Source: Cenarchaeum sp.
GTDB lineage: Archaea > Thermoproteota > Nitrososphaeria > Nitrososphaerales > Nitrosopumilaceae
NCBI GenBank assembly: GCA_965242695.1
Contig: CBDESU010000001.1
Location: 1,024,001-1,088,000, forward strand
Direction: 5' to 3'
DNA length: 64,000 nt
The notes beneath the pieces are model-generated. The model was not told where the DNA came from. It ran no database searches and saw nothing but the letters and a program-made list of their open reading frames with translations. A program made the translations under genes and the position numbers. Shown one piece after another: positions 20,806-30,462 of the stretch (within the stretch, counting starts at the first letter, position 1; each line of letters starts with the position of its first letter).

Positions 20806-21110
20806 GCTCGCAGGCGGGACGGGCCGCCTTTATGCCGTTCGATCGGGCCCCGCCGCGCGGGCGCGGGCAGGACCGCCCCGCCGCGTTCGGATCGGCATGC
20901 GCCAGGGCGCGGACCCGGCCGCGCCGCCTGCGCCCGCCGCCGGCGCCCTGCGGCTCGGCGCTGCGCCTAATTGTCCGCAGGCCACATCAATCGGGCTGTG
21001 CGCCCCGCATCTGCCGCCGCTGCATGCAGGTAGATATCCAGACGTGCGCGCTTTCGCGCCGCGGGCGCCGCCTCGCATGCCGCCGGGTGCGCCATACCCG
21101 CGCGCGCAGC

Positions 21111-21962
21111 TCAGCCGCCGCGCGCCTCTGCGCCCCGGGCGGCATGCCGCCGCCGGATCCTCTCGTCGTCCGCCGCCGCCCTGTCGGCAGCCTCGGCGGC
21201 CCTTTTCAGCGCGGCCGCGGCCGCCAACGCGCCGGGGCTGGAATCTGCTGGTGCCGCGGCGGCGGCGGAAGCGGCCGCGGCGGCGGACTGCCCTGCAGCT
21301 TCCTCGGCCGCCTCCCTTGCCCGCGCCGCCGCCTGCTCGACCCTTTCTGCCCGCCCGGCCACCTCTTCGGCCTTTTCGCGCTCCCGTTCGGCTGCGGCGA
21401 GCATGCCGTCGAACAGCGACGGCGTCTCGGCCGCCCCGCCCTTGAGCATTTCTGCCGCATCCGGCGTGGCCGCGGCCTTTGCCAGCGTGTCGGCATACGG
21501 CCCGAACGACGCCGCCTCGCGATCCAGGTCGGCGGCCTGCTCGGCCGCCGCCTCGGCGTACTCGCGCGACACCGCCGCGCGCTCCCCTGCCTGCCCTGCG
21601 AGATCCCGCTCCGCGGCCCGCCTGTACGCACCGGCGGCCCGCCCCAGGTGGGCCGCGGCCGCCCCGTTGAACCTCGACGACCGGCCGACCAGCTTGGAGG
21701 CCCGCTCCAGCCGCATCACGACGCGGTTCATCGCCACGGAGGCCATCTTCAGCGCCTCGGCTGCCGCAGGGCCCCGCGCCCTTGCCGCCTCGTCGGTCGC
21801 CTCGGCGGCCTGCACCATCGCATCGCCGGCCTCGATCTTGGCCGACCACCCCTGCACGCGGATCGTCCAGGCCGTGTGCTCGCGTACGGCCGCGGCCCGC
21901 GCCCTTGCGTCGCCGGCGGCCTTCCATGCAGAGGCCTCCGCATCCTGTCCCATGCGGCCCAT
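21111..21962 (-). CDS. Ala-rich helical family protein, copy 6
   Basis: Family motifs; promoter motif at 21985-22011. Confidence 0.8.
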   Translation of the reverse strand: MGRMGQDAEASAWKAAGDARARAAAVREHTAWTIRVQGWSAKIEAGDAMVQAAEATDEAARARGPAAAEALKMASVAMNRVVMRLERASKLVGRSSRFNGAAAAHLGRAAGAYRRAAERDLAGQAGERAAVSREYAEAAAEQAADLDREAASFGPYADTLAKAAATPDAAEMLKGGAAETPSLFDGMLAAAEREREKAEEVAGRAERVEQAAARAREAAEEAAGQSAAAAASAAAAAPADSSPGALAAAAALKRAAEAADRAAADDERIRRRHAARGAEARGG

Positions 21963-21987
21963 GCGCGCCGGCGGGAGCGGGCCGCCT

Positions 21988-22893
21988 TTATGCCGTTCGA
22001 TCGGGCCCCGCCGCCCCTGCGCCGTTCGGCCGCCGCCGGCCGTTGCCGCGGCCGCCTTTTACATCGGCGCGCCGCAGCCGGATCCTTTCGTCGTCCGCGG
22101 CCGCCCTGCCGGCCGCATCCATGGCCCTCTTCCACGCGGCAGCGGCCCTCTGAGCGCCGGGATCTTTTCTTGCGCCCGCCGTGCCGGCGGCCGACTGCTC
22201 GGCGGCCGTCCGGGCCAGCCTTCGCAGCGTCTCCGTCATCTGCACGGCATCCCTTGCCCGCTCGGCCATATCCAGCGACTCTTTTCGCACCCGCCCGACG
22301 ACGGCGAGCACGTTCGCCTGCGACGAGTCCAGCCCGGCCGCCGCTTCCGCCGCCGGCGCCGCCCCTCCCCCGACCCAACCGGCCTCCAGTCCGGCCGCGC
22401 CCACCGCCAGCGTGTCGGCGTACGGCGCGAACGACTCCGCCTCGCGGCCCATGTCGGACGCCTGCCCGGCCGCCGTCTCGGCGCACTCGCCCACCATTGC
22501 CAGCCGTCCGGCCACGTCCCTGGCGTGGTCCCGCGCCGCGGCCCGCCTGTACGCCCTGGCGGCGAGCCGCAGCTGGCGCACGGCCGCCCCGTTGAACCTC
22601 GACGACCGGCCGAACGACTCGGAGGCGCGCCGCATCATCCCTACGGCGAGTCCCGCCGCCTCGGCGGCCCGCCGCATCGCCCCGGCGCCCGCCCGGCCCT
22701 GCGCCTTTGCAGCCTCCGTGAGGGCCCCGGAGGCCCGCCCCATCGCATCGTCCGCCTCGGCCCTGGCCGACCACCCCTGCGCGCTGGCATCCCATGCAGT
22801 GTGCTCGCGTATGGTCGCGGCCCACGCCCTTGCGTCGCCGGCGGCCTTCCACACGGCCGCGGCCGCCGTCACGTCCTGCACCGGGATCCCCAT
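21988..22893 (-). CDS. Ala-rich helical family protein, copy 7
   Basis: ATG 22893 lies 25 bp from the promoter motif (22916-22936); family motifs; its stop falls inside the TATA element of the next copy. Confidence 0.75.
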   Translation of the reverse strand: MGIPVQDVTAAAAVWKAAGDARAWAATIREHTAWDASAQGWSARAEADDAMGRASGALTEAAKAQGRAGAGAMRRAAEAAGLAVGMMRRASESFGRSSRFNGAAVRQLRLAARAYRRAAARDHARDVAGRLAMVGECAETAAGQASDMGREAESFAPYADTLAVGAAGLEAGWVGGGAAPAAEAAAGLDSSQANVLAVVGRVRKESLDMAERARDAVQMTETLRRLARTAAEQSAAGTAGARKDPGAQRAAAAWKRAMDAAGRAAADDERIRLRRADVKGGRGNGRRRPNGAGAAGPDRTA

Positions 22894-23044
22894 GCGCGCC
22901 GTCGGGAACGGGGCGCCTTTATGCCGTTCGGACGGGCGCATGCCGGGGCGGCGAACCGGCGCAACGGACGCCCCGATCGGCCTGTCGCGCCGCCCGGGCA
23001 TGCGGCGCGCAGTGCGACCTCGGGGGCCGCGGCAGGCGGCGGCC

Positions 23045-23839
23045 TCAGCCCCCCGCCGCCTTTTTGGCCGCGGCCATTGCGTCGTCGAGCGCCGCCGCAG
23101 CCTCCCGCGCCCCGTCCAGATCCCGGGCCCGGCTCGCCCTGGCTGCCATGCGTTTCGCCGCAGCCGCGGCCCGCTCCAGCTCGCCTGCCGCCTCCCGCTC
23201 GTCCACGGCCGCCGCCTCGGCCAGATCGGCCCACTTTGCCCGCTCCCTGCCGGCATCCTCGCGCAGCTGGACCAACTCGGCCCTTATCGCAGCCCTGCTG
23301 CCGTCCGGCTGCATTATGCCCGTCGCACACGCGTCCGATCTGATCTTCCACCTGCCGGCCTCCTGCGCGAGCATGTCCTCTTCCCTGCCCGTCTCCTCCA
23401 CCCACTCTGCCGCGATCCGCGCCAGGCCGCGCATCTCCCTTTTCCACTTGCGCGCCGCCCGCGCCCTCTTGTCCCGTCCTGCGCGTTCGTACGCCTCTGC
23501 GGCCCTGCCGTACGCGCCGGCCGCGGCGCGGCTGCGCCTCAGCGTCCGCCTGAACGCCCCGGCGGCCCTCTTCGTCGCAGCGGCCGCCCGCTCCACCGCC
23601 CCCGCAATCTCGGCCGTTGGATCGCCGGCCGCGGGCTCGCCCGCCAGCCTCTTTGCCTTCGCGACCCGCACCATCTCGGTCATCGCCTCGGCCTTGGCCG
23701 TCCATGCGCGGCCGTACGCCAAGAGCGCCGCGCGGTCGCGCGCGACCGCCTCCCATGCGGACGCGGCTCCGGCCGCGGCCCAGACGGGTGCCGTGCGATC
23801 GTCCCGCTTGCCGCCGCTGCCTTCAGTGCCGCTTGCCAA
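23045..23839 (-). CDS. Ala-rich helical family protein, copy 8 (subfamily B)
   Basis: VWAAAGAASAW..ALLAYGRAWTAKA...AYERAGRDKRARAA; TTG start inferred from TATA spacing (alternative ATG 23854). Confidence 0.75.
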   Translation of the reverse strand: MASGTEGSGGKRDDRTAPVWAAAGAASAWEAVARDRAALLAYGRAWTAKAEAMTEMVRVAKAKRLAGEPAAGDPTAEIAGAVERAAAATKRAAGAFRRTLRRSRAAAGAYGRAAEAYERAGRDKRARAARKWKREMRGLARIAAEWVEETGREEDMLAQEAGRWKIRSDACATGIMQPDGSRAAIRAELVQLREDAGRERAKWADLAEAAAVDEREAAGELERAAAAAKRMAARASRARDLDGAREAAAALDDAMAAAKKAAGG

Positions 23840-24070
23840 TGCCCGCGCCGCCATGCACCCCGTCCTTATGCGTTGGGGCGGCCATCCCGCGGTAGGCCGG
23901 CTACTGTCGACTTGCGGCCAACATGAAGGCTACAAACGCGGCCTACTGCCATCATGCAGCCGGCCGACGCCACTAGAACCCATGTGAGGCTGATGCGCCA
24001 CCCCCCCCCCCAGATTGAGAACGATTTTGAGGTCATTTGGGGGGGAGGTCTAGCGCTCGATGCGGCCGCG

Positions 24071-24877
24071 CTACGCGGTACGGCCCCGGCCCCCCGTAGC
24101 CTTCCTGACCGCGGCCATTGCGTCGTCGAGCGCCGCGGCCGCTTCCTGCGCCCCCTCCAGTTCCCGAACCCGCGCCGCCTTGGCTAGCGCCAGCGCCGTC
24201 GCGGCCGCGGCCCGCTCCAGCTCGGCCGTGGCCGCCCGCTCGTCCTCGGCCGCCGCCTCGGCCATCCCGGCCGAACTTGCCCGCTCCTCGTCGGCCCCCT
24301 TGTGCAGCATGGCCTTTTCGGCGAGCATTGTGGACCTGTCGCCGTCCAGCTCGAACTCGCCCGTCGCCCACGCGTCCGCGTTGCCCACCCACTTGGCGGC
24401 CCGCCGCGCCAGCATGCCCTCTTCCCTGCCCGCCGTCTTCTTCCACCGGGCCGCCTCGCGCACCATCCTGCGCACCTCCCCTTTCAGCCTGAGCGCCGCG
24501 CGCGCCCTCTTGTCCTTTCCGGCCCTCCCGTACGCATCCGCGGCCCTCCCGTACCGGCCGGCCGCCGCCCGGCCGCGCCTGGCAGCCTGTTCAAACGCCC
24601 TGCCCGCCGTCTGCATCGACGCGGCCCCGCGCCCCATCGCCCCCGCCATCTCCCTCATCGCATCCTCGACCGCGGGATCGCCCGCCTCTGCGGCCCGCCC
24701 CTTCGCATCCGCAACCTTCATCATCTCGCCGTACATGTCCGCCCTGGCCTTCCATGCGCGGCCGTACGCCGAGAGCGCCGCGCGTCCGTGCACGGCGGCG
24801 GCCCATGCGGATGCGGCGCCGGCCGCGGCCCACACGGGCGCGGCGCGATCGCCGTGCCCGCCAGCACCGTCCGCCAT
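24071..24877 (-). CDS. Ala-rich helical family protein, copy 9 (subfamily B)
   Basis: Close paralogue of copy 8; CATAAGG about 26 bp upstream. Confidence 0.8.
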   Translation of the reverse strand: MADGAGGHGDRAAPVWAAAGAASAWAAAVHGRAALSAYGRAWKARADMYGEMMKVADAKGRAAEAGDPAVEDAMREMAGAMGRGAASMQTAGRAFEQAARRGRAAAGRYGRAADAYGRAGKDKRARAALRLKGEVRRMVREAARWKKTAGREEGMLARRAAKWVGNADAWATGEFELDGDRSTMLAEKAMLHKGADEERASSAGMAEAAAEDERAATAELERAAAATALALAKAARVRELEGAQEAAAALDDAMAAVRKATGGRGRTA

Positions 24878-25206
24878 GCCCGCGCGGCCGTGCGCCCCGT
24901 CCTTATGTGTTAGGACGGTCTGCGTTGCCGGCGCCACCGCTACTCCCGCCACTCCGTCACCGCGACGTCATTCATGGCGCTGCTCCGGTAAGCGACACCT
25001 ACAGTTTGATCGCATCGTAGACCTAGTCACACCTCCTCCCACCGCTCCCCTCGCGGCGGCCAGTATATTCAGCAGTGACCATTGTCCGGGACCAAGCTCG
25101 AAGCGTGCGCCGCGCCGCCAAGCGCAGATCCAGCACATGCGATAAGCGTAGTAGATAAGTCCTTTTTCTCTGTGCCGCAGCGCAATCCGAGATATTGGAC
25201 ATGTGC

Positions 25207-26193
25207 TCAAACGAGTCGTCCCATGCCAGCTGTACTAAACTGTCCGTCCCGGAATATTTTGGCTACCATGACCTGCACGTTATATTTATGCATCGATTCA
25301 ACACTCTTGGCGATCATCCCTTCTACCCGACCGGCATCTCTTCTAGCTCTTCGGGTGCGGACTTGGTCGTCCCCGTGGATTTGATCTTGAAGCTCTGCGA
25401 TTCTCCGCACGTCTCCCATGCGCAGCAGAACTCGTACCGCGGCTAACGGCAGGGGCACTCCCCAAACCGGCCAGGCCACAGTCTTTCCGCTTCTACTACA
25501 TCCGGTCGTACCCAGTCGACCGCCATGTTCAGGCGCAGACGTAAACTCGACTATCCCCAAGGCGGTCAGAGGTTCTGCACCCGTGACGGGAGCTTTGAAG
25601 CCCACAGGATCCCTTGCGCGCAGGGCATGCCTGCGATTCTCCCGCCAGTCTAGCCTAAAGGGCTTCAGATCTGCCTTAGACCGACTCCCTTCCTCTGCCC
25701 TGTCCCAGGTCTCGAACAATCCCTTGCATATCTCGCCAGCCATCTTCTCCTTCTGCAGCGCAAAGGCCGCATCAAAAGCATCCCCGAAGTGCTGGTGTCC
25801 GGCCCCATACATGAGACAAAGGGCCGTCGGCCTCATGTGCCCTCCTTTGTCCGTAGCCCCGTCGGATGTCAATGCTGCCACTACATCTGCATTTGTCTTG
25901 GACAGCATCTCCGCTAGCGCCGCGGGTTCAAGGTCGTGTATGTCCTTTTTTTCGAGCCGCATGGCCCCTCCCAGCGACAGTACGCCCTTGGCCGCTGCCT
26001 CGGCCACTTCTTTGTGACTTGGCCCAGATGACGCGGCAGTCGACAGCCGAGCACGGCCTCTATCCCACCAGGCCTCTGGCTTCCACTCCGGAACCGACTC
26101 TTCAAGAGCCCTCAACAATCCGACTAGGGCCAGCGCTGCCGCCAAGCTGTCCTGCCGTAGCCCGTCCAACGGCATACCGTCACGCGCCGCCAT
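25207..26193 (-). CDS. cas8g: Type I-G large subunit (small Cas8g/Cas8u-like), operon A
   Basis: Immediately follows cas3; N-terminal LDGL...LAAALALVGLLRAL, LMYGAGHQHF and WPVW..PL...VR.LL motifs seen in Cas8u-type proteins. Confidence 0.7.
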   Translation of the reverse strand: MAARDGMPLDGLRQDSLAAALALVGLLRALEESVPEWKPEAWWDRGRARLSTAASSGPSHKEVAEAAAKGVLSLGGAMRLEKKDIHDLEPAALAEMLSKTNADVVAALTSDGATDKGGHMRPTALCLMYGAGHQHFGDAFDAAFALQKEKMAGEICKGLFETWDRAEEGSRSKADLKPFRLDWRENRRHALRARDPVGFKAPVTGAEPLTALGIVEFTSAPEHGGRLGTTGCSRSGKTVAWPVWGVPLPLAAVRVLLRMGDVRRIAELQDQIHGDDQVRTRRARRDAGRVEGMIAKSVESMHKYNVQVMVAKIFRDGQFSTAGMGRLV

Positions 26194-26195
26194 AT

Positions 26196-29057
26196 TTATC
26201 CAGCCCCCTCTGGCGAATACTTGCCGTCATCCCTCCTCTCCTCCCCTGATCTGCGACCGTCCGCAAGTCGTAGGATCGCCTCCATGTTAGCCAGCTTCCA
26301 TGGTCCGTACCGAAGGTACGCTCGCTCGACAAGTCGACACCACCAGGGATCAAGCCCCGTGTCCCACGTGCCTGTCGGAAATGTAGGCCGGCCGTGCCCA
26401 TGATGCGTCCCGATCAGCCACATGACAAGGTCTGGATCGCTTGCTCGGCCCATGCCCTCCCCGCTCCTTGCTCTTTGTACGGAAAACCACTCGTGCCTGT
26501 ATCCGTCAGGCATGCACGCTAGTCTTTTGGCCGCGTCTTGCTGCCCCTTGCTACGATGATTACTCTTTGCGATCGCCGGTCGGTTTCTGACCCCCTCCTG
26601 CGTCGTCCCGTGGAGTACCGCTTGCATGATCCTCTCCCGCTTGCCAATGTCGTGTATCCGGGCGGCGATCTCAATGTCCAATGAATCAGAATCGCCTAGG
26701 CCCGACTTTTTGGCAAACTCGGCGGCAGTCCTTGCAACCCCCTCCAGGTGATCGTCAAGCGGAACGGTGCCGCCGCGCTTCCCGTCCTTCCATCCAATCG
26801 AATATTCGGAGATCATGTCGGGTGCGTCTTCAAATATGGGCTCTGCGGCCTTCCTGCATGCGGTAGGGCTCTGCGTCGTGGTAAAGGATACGCCAAATAC
26901 TGTCCCATCAGGCCTCCTGATTACCTCGGCCTTTCGATCGCGCCTGACAATGTCCCTCCATACCCCTGGCAAGCCCTCCGTCCTCGACAAGATGTCGACT
27001 ACAGATGAATCGTCATCCTCGTCGGCTATTGCATCGCGCAACACACTCCACACATCTCCTGTCGCCGCATTGCCGGCCGATGCGCCATCAGATCGCAGAG
27101 CGAGCTTGCCGCGCTGAACCAAGTGGGCCAGCATGCTAATGTCCGTGACAGGTTCGCCCGCATCCGAGCCTGTCCATCCATACTCGTCGCACCCACGATA
27201 TGACGATGGAACGACCACAGTGTCGCCGGGCCCCACATCCCCCGCACCGATGCGCTCGCACCTGCCCCGTGGCCCTACCCTGACGGCCACTTCCGGTCCC
27301 ACCTTGCCGGGTATGTCTGCGGCATACTGGCCTTCTATGTCGGCCAGGCTGGACGCCGTCCGGCGCCCGGTTGTTTTTTCCTTCGTAATATCCCCTTTGC
27401 CCTCGCGCATCCCCTCAAGCCAACTGCGCACGTGCCATATAGGCAGCTGGATAGACTCAAGCGCTGACGGCGGCACCGTATGCACAGACATCTCGACATC
27501 ATCCAACCCTACTCCAGCTCTCCACACCACGCTAACATCTGCCCGGTGGTAGTGTTTTTCCGGAATGCCGTGTAGGAACAGCGAAACGTCAGGATCCGGC
27601 GATCCCGGCGGCATTGTAGTGTGCCACGCCTTGACATATGCGGGCAACAGTGTTGCGGCACTCCTTTTTGGGGCAGACATCTCCTCAATCTCAGATCCTA
27701 GCGGCATTTGGAACGATCCAGGGCCAAAGTCTACGGTGTTATCACCGTCCGACATGTTAGTGAGCCACGACCACGTTGCAGCTGTGGCTTTTCCGTACAC
27801 GGGATCGTCCGCGTTGGCGCCGATATCTCTCCCGTCGGCGACTACCACGGCCGTCCCAATCACCTCCGCACCAATCCTGTTCAGCCTGCCAAACCGCTGC
27901 AGCAACGAGTCGAGGGGGGCCGCCTGCGTGAGCAATGCGTCAAACGTAATATCCGCACCAGCCTCTATGCACTGCGTCGCCACCGTCACGGACTTTTGGT
28001 GCCCGGACGACCCGGGACGGAGGTCGTCGACAATCCCTTCCACCAGTCTCTCCCTGTCAAGCGGCCGCGACCGGCCCGTGAGGAGGTACGCCGCGTATCC
28101 GTGCCGCTTCGCGCCACTGCGCACCTCCTCAAACACAGTCCTTGCCGCCCCCACCGTATTGACTACTATCCCTATTCGACGCGGGCCGTCCTTGGCCATC
28201 ATATCCTTGGCAATTCTTGCAAGCTTGTCCGGTGCCATATGTCGGCCCGCAGCCTGCAGAGTGGCCGGCTTGGGGCGGGACATGCGATCGCCCATCCCCT
28301 TGATCATGTACTGTCGATCATCCGGATGCGGAAACGTGGCGTCTGGATCATCTGCCTGCAGTGTGGCGCTCATCTGAACGACGGGCCCCTGCGTCTCCCA
28401 TCCCATTTTCCGACGCATGTCTTCGATCGAATGCAGCATCCGCACGAACGGCCCCGACAGGTGGGCCTCGTCGAGTATGTACAGCGTGTCAGTGCCGACA
28501 AGTCCTGCGTGGACGGGCCTCATCTTATTGCTCACGCCGTACCCGCGGAACAGCAACCTAGAGCCGATCTGATCGATGGTTGATAGTATGATGGTCGGAT
28601 CCGATGGCGAGAGATCCCACCCCGAGTCCTGCGGAATGCCGCCCCTAAGCCTCTTTACGTATAGCGGGTCCCCTGTCGATGCCGAGCGCAAGGCTTTTGC
28701 TGCCCATGCCGCCGCACCTTTCCCGCGTTCTTCCCGCAGCGCCTCCGCTATTTTTTTGGCGTGGTTGTACGAGTCGTCGACTGATATCCGCCGGTCTACA
28801 ATCATCGCGATTCGGAGCGGAGCGATCCTTTTTTCCCTCCGGAGGCGGCCCTGCGAGATATCGCATGCTAGGTGCCACACGGCTATGTCTAGCACGGATG
28901 TCTTGCCCGATGCCGTAGGCATTGAAATCGCTCTGGGCCATCCCGAGCAACGCACTCTTTCGGCCAGGGCCGACTGCCATTCAAACGGCTCCCTGTCGTA
29001 GCTGTGCACATCTCTGTAAAACGCTGCGAATGAGATCGTGTCGCTATCCATGACCAT
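26196..29057 (-). CDS. cas3: Type I-G Cas3 helicase-nuclease with C-terminal HD domain, operon A
   Basis: MPTASGKT, VDRR, GSRLLFRGYG, DEAH, QRFGRLNR; C-terminal HDIGK, YRHE, HHGHGRP, LRLAD. Confidence 0.95.
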   Translation of the reverse strand: MVMDSDTISFAAFYRDVHSYDREPFEWQSALAERVRCSGWPRAISMPTASGKTSVLDIAVWHLACDISQGRLRREKRIAPLRIAMIVDRRISVDDSYNHAKKIAEALREERGKGAAAWAAKALRSASTGDPLYVKRLRGGIPQDSGWDLSPSDPTIILSTIDQIGSRLLFRGYGVSNKMRPVHAGLVGTDTLYILDEAHLSGPFVRMLHSIEDMRRKMGWETQGPVVQMSATLQADDPDATFPHPDDRQYMIKGMGDRMSRPKPATLQAAGRHMAPDKLARIAKDMMAKDGPRRIGIVVNTVGAARTVFEEVRSGAKRHGYAAYLLTGRSRPLDRERLVEGIVDDLRPGSSGHQKSVTVATQCIEAGADITFDALLTQAAPLDSLLQRFGRLNRIGAEVIGTAVVVADGRDIGANADDPVYGKATAATWSWLTNMSDGDNTVDFGPGSFQMPLGSEIEEMSAPKRSAATLLPAYVKAWHTTMPPGSPDPDVSLFLHGIPEKHYHRADVSVVWRAGVGLDDVEMSVHTVPPSALESIQLPIWHVRSWLEGMREGKGDITKEKTTGRRTASSLADIEGQYAADIPGKVGPEVAVRVGPRGRCERIGAGDVGPGDTVVVPSSYRGCDEYGWTGSDAGEPVTDISMLAHLVQRGKLALRSDGASAGNAATGDVWSVLRDAIADEDDDSSVVDILSRTEGLPGVWRDIVRRDRKAEVIRRPDGTVFGVSFTTTQSPTACRKAAEPIFEDAPDMISEYSIGWKDGKRGGTVPLDDHLEGVARTAAEFAKKSGLGDSDSLDIEIAARIHDIGKRERIMQAVLHGTTQEGVRNRPAIAKSNHRSKGQQDAAKRLACMPDGYRHEWFSVQRARSGEGMGRASDPDLVMWLIGTHHGHGRPTFPTGTWDTGLDPWWCRLVERAYLRYGPWKLANMEAILRLADGRRSGEERRDDGKYSPEGAG

Positions 29058-30456
29058 CCCCTCCTGGTACGCACAGGCCCAAGCCGCGGTACCTCATCGC
29101 CCCTACCATCACGGGGCCCGGAACCGCCTCGCTAAACTCGATCCGGGCATGCCACAGGCCGCCCCGTCCGGCGTGCCGTACCCACCGACCCGCATGCGAT
29201 GCGCCGTACGCCATTCCACCGCGCGACACTTCTACTTGCGCCGGTCTCGGAAGCCCCATCCGCTCTACGCTGTCGGCTATGCCCGGTCCAGGGTCTTTGC
29301 CGGGGTGGCAGTGTCGATCTACCGCAATTGGAGTCACTGTGGTCCACACGCGTGACGCCCTCGTGTACCTGTCGGTCTGAAGGCTAGTCCTGCCGTCAGC
29401 GGGGCCAAACGACACAGCGGCGCCGCCGGGCAATACTATTTGATTGTCCGGCGAGGTCAGTGCGCCCACCGCGGTTCCAAGCGCTGTCATCTCATGCGAG
29501 CCGCCGTTGGTGCCCACCGGCATGACTAGCGACACGCCAAGCAGCCCCCCGCTGGAATGGGGCCAGCCTACGTTGAGCATGGGAACGATGGCCATGTGTG
29601 GCCGGCGTGACGGACTCTCGTCCGGCGCAAGGCCTGAAAGGGCCTCGGGCACGGCTCTTCCCAGTTCCGAGACTATGGCGGAATGGATAGCCTTGGCTAC
29701 GGCGGGAAACGACTCGGGTGTGGGCACGGTGCCCCGTATTCCCAGTACTGTCCACTCCCCCCATATTGGCGACACCTGCGCGGCGGCTGAATCATCCAGT
29801 ATCGAGTAACGGGGGCAGGACACGGACAGGCTCGGGTGCCATACCGCCCCCGTCTCCTTGGCCTCGCGATAGCCCTCGAGTAGATCGTCGAGCCGGCCAG
29901 GGAACGGGCACTTGATCGGCATCCCCCCTCCGCGTCCAGGCACGTAACGTATTCGACCTCGCGCTTCCGCGCCAGTCTTGACCTCAACACGCACCAGCGA
30001 CGACGAGTGACCCAAGCGCGACACACCAGCTGCCAGATACTTCAGCCCGTCGATTACCTCTGCCGGAGGATCTGCATTCCATGCCATGGTCACCGTACGC
30101 TCGTCGTCGGGCAACGCCACTGCAGGAAACCATCTCGGCTTGCGCGCGACCGGGGGCAGACCTGGCCCCCTGCCATCGTAGTGCCGCCCGTCGCCCCCCT
30201 TCCTGTCCTGTACTGGAACCCAGAACGCGTGTACGTCCCTTGCGCCATGCGGAGGGCACATTACCTCTGGCGGCTCCAGCGATTCAAGCCACCGCAACGC
30301 GCCTGCCTTTGCAGGGCCGTCATCCATGGATGACATAGAGTCGACCAAGGCTGAAAAGAGCCGATCCGGGCTCGGCGGCCACTCGGCCACACCATCGTCG
30401 TGTGCCGTTGCCGCATAGCACACGCCTGAGAGGTACTCTATGTCGATTGCGAACAT
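29044..30456 (-). CDS. csb2: Csb2 (Cas5-Cas6 fusion), operon A
   Basis: AEWPPSPDRLFSALV, LGHSSSLV, W.TVTPI, GPVMVGAMRYRGLGLCVP glycine loop. Confidence 0.92.
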   Translation of the reverse strand: MFAIDIEYLSGVCYAATAHDDGVAEWPPSPDRLFSALVDSMSSMDDGPAKAGALRWLESLEPPEVMCPPHGARDVHAFWVPVQDRKGGDGRHYDGRGPGLPPVARKPRWFPAVALPDDERTVTMAWNADPPAEVIDGLKYLAAGVSRLGHSSSLVRVEVKTGAEARGRIRYVPGRGGGMPIKCPFPGRLDDLLEGYREAKETGAVWHPSLSVSCPRYSILDDSAAAQVSPIWGEWTVLGIRGTVPTPESFPAVAKAIHSAIVSELGRAVPEALSGLAPDESPSRRPHMAIVPMLNVGWPHSSGGLLGVSLVMPVGTNGGSHEMTALGTAVGALTSPDNQIVLPGGAAVSFGPADGRTSLQTDRYTRASRVWTTVTPIAVDRHCHPGKDPGPGIADSVERMGLPRPAQVEVSRGGMAYGASHAGRWVRHAGRGGLWHARIEFSEAVPGPVMVGAMRYRGLGLCVPGGDGHG

Positions 30457-30462
30457 GTGATG

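Noticed and set aside
24001-24011. C11 tract (and C24 at 36734) as phase-variation sites
   Set aside because: Intergenic, with no clear link to a start codon or promoter; length is unreliable in assemblies.
13047-25145. Long plus-strand ORFs (for example 15171-17297, 21403-23343)
   Set aside because: Antisense shadows of the very GC-rich Ala-rich genes; the conserved motifs and promoters are on the minus strand.
24968-25210. 80-aa ORF overlapping the cas8g stop, considered as a cas2/cas4 remnant
   Set aside because: No recognisable Cas motifs.
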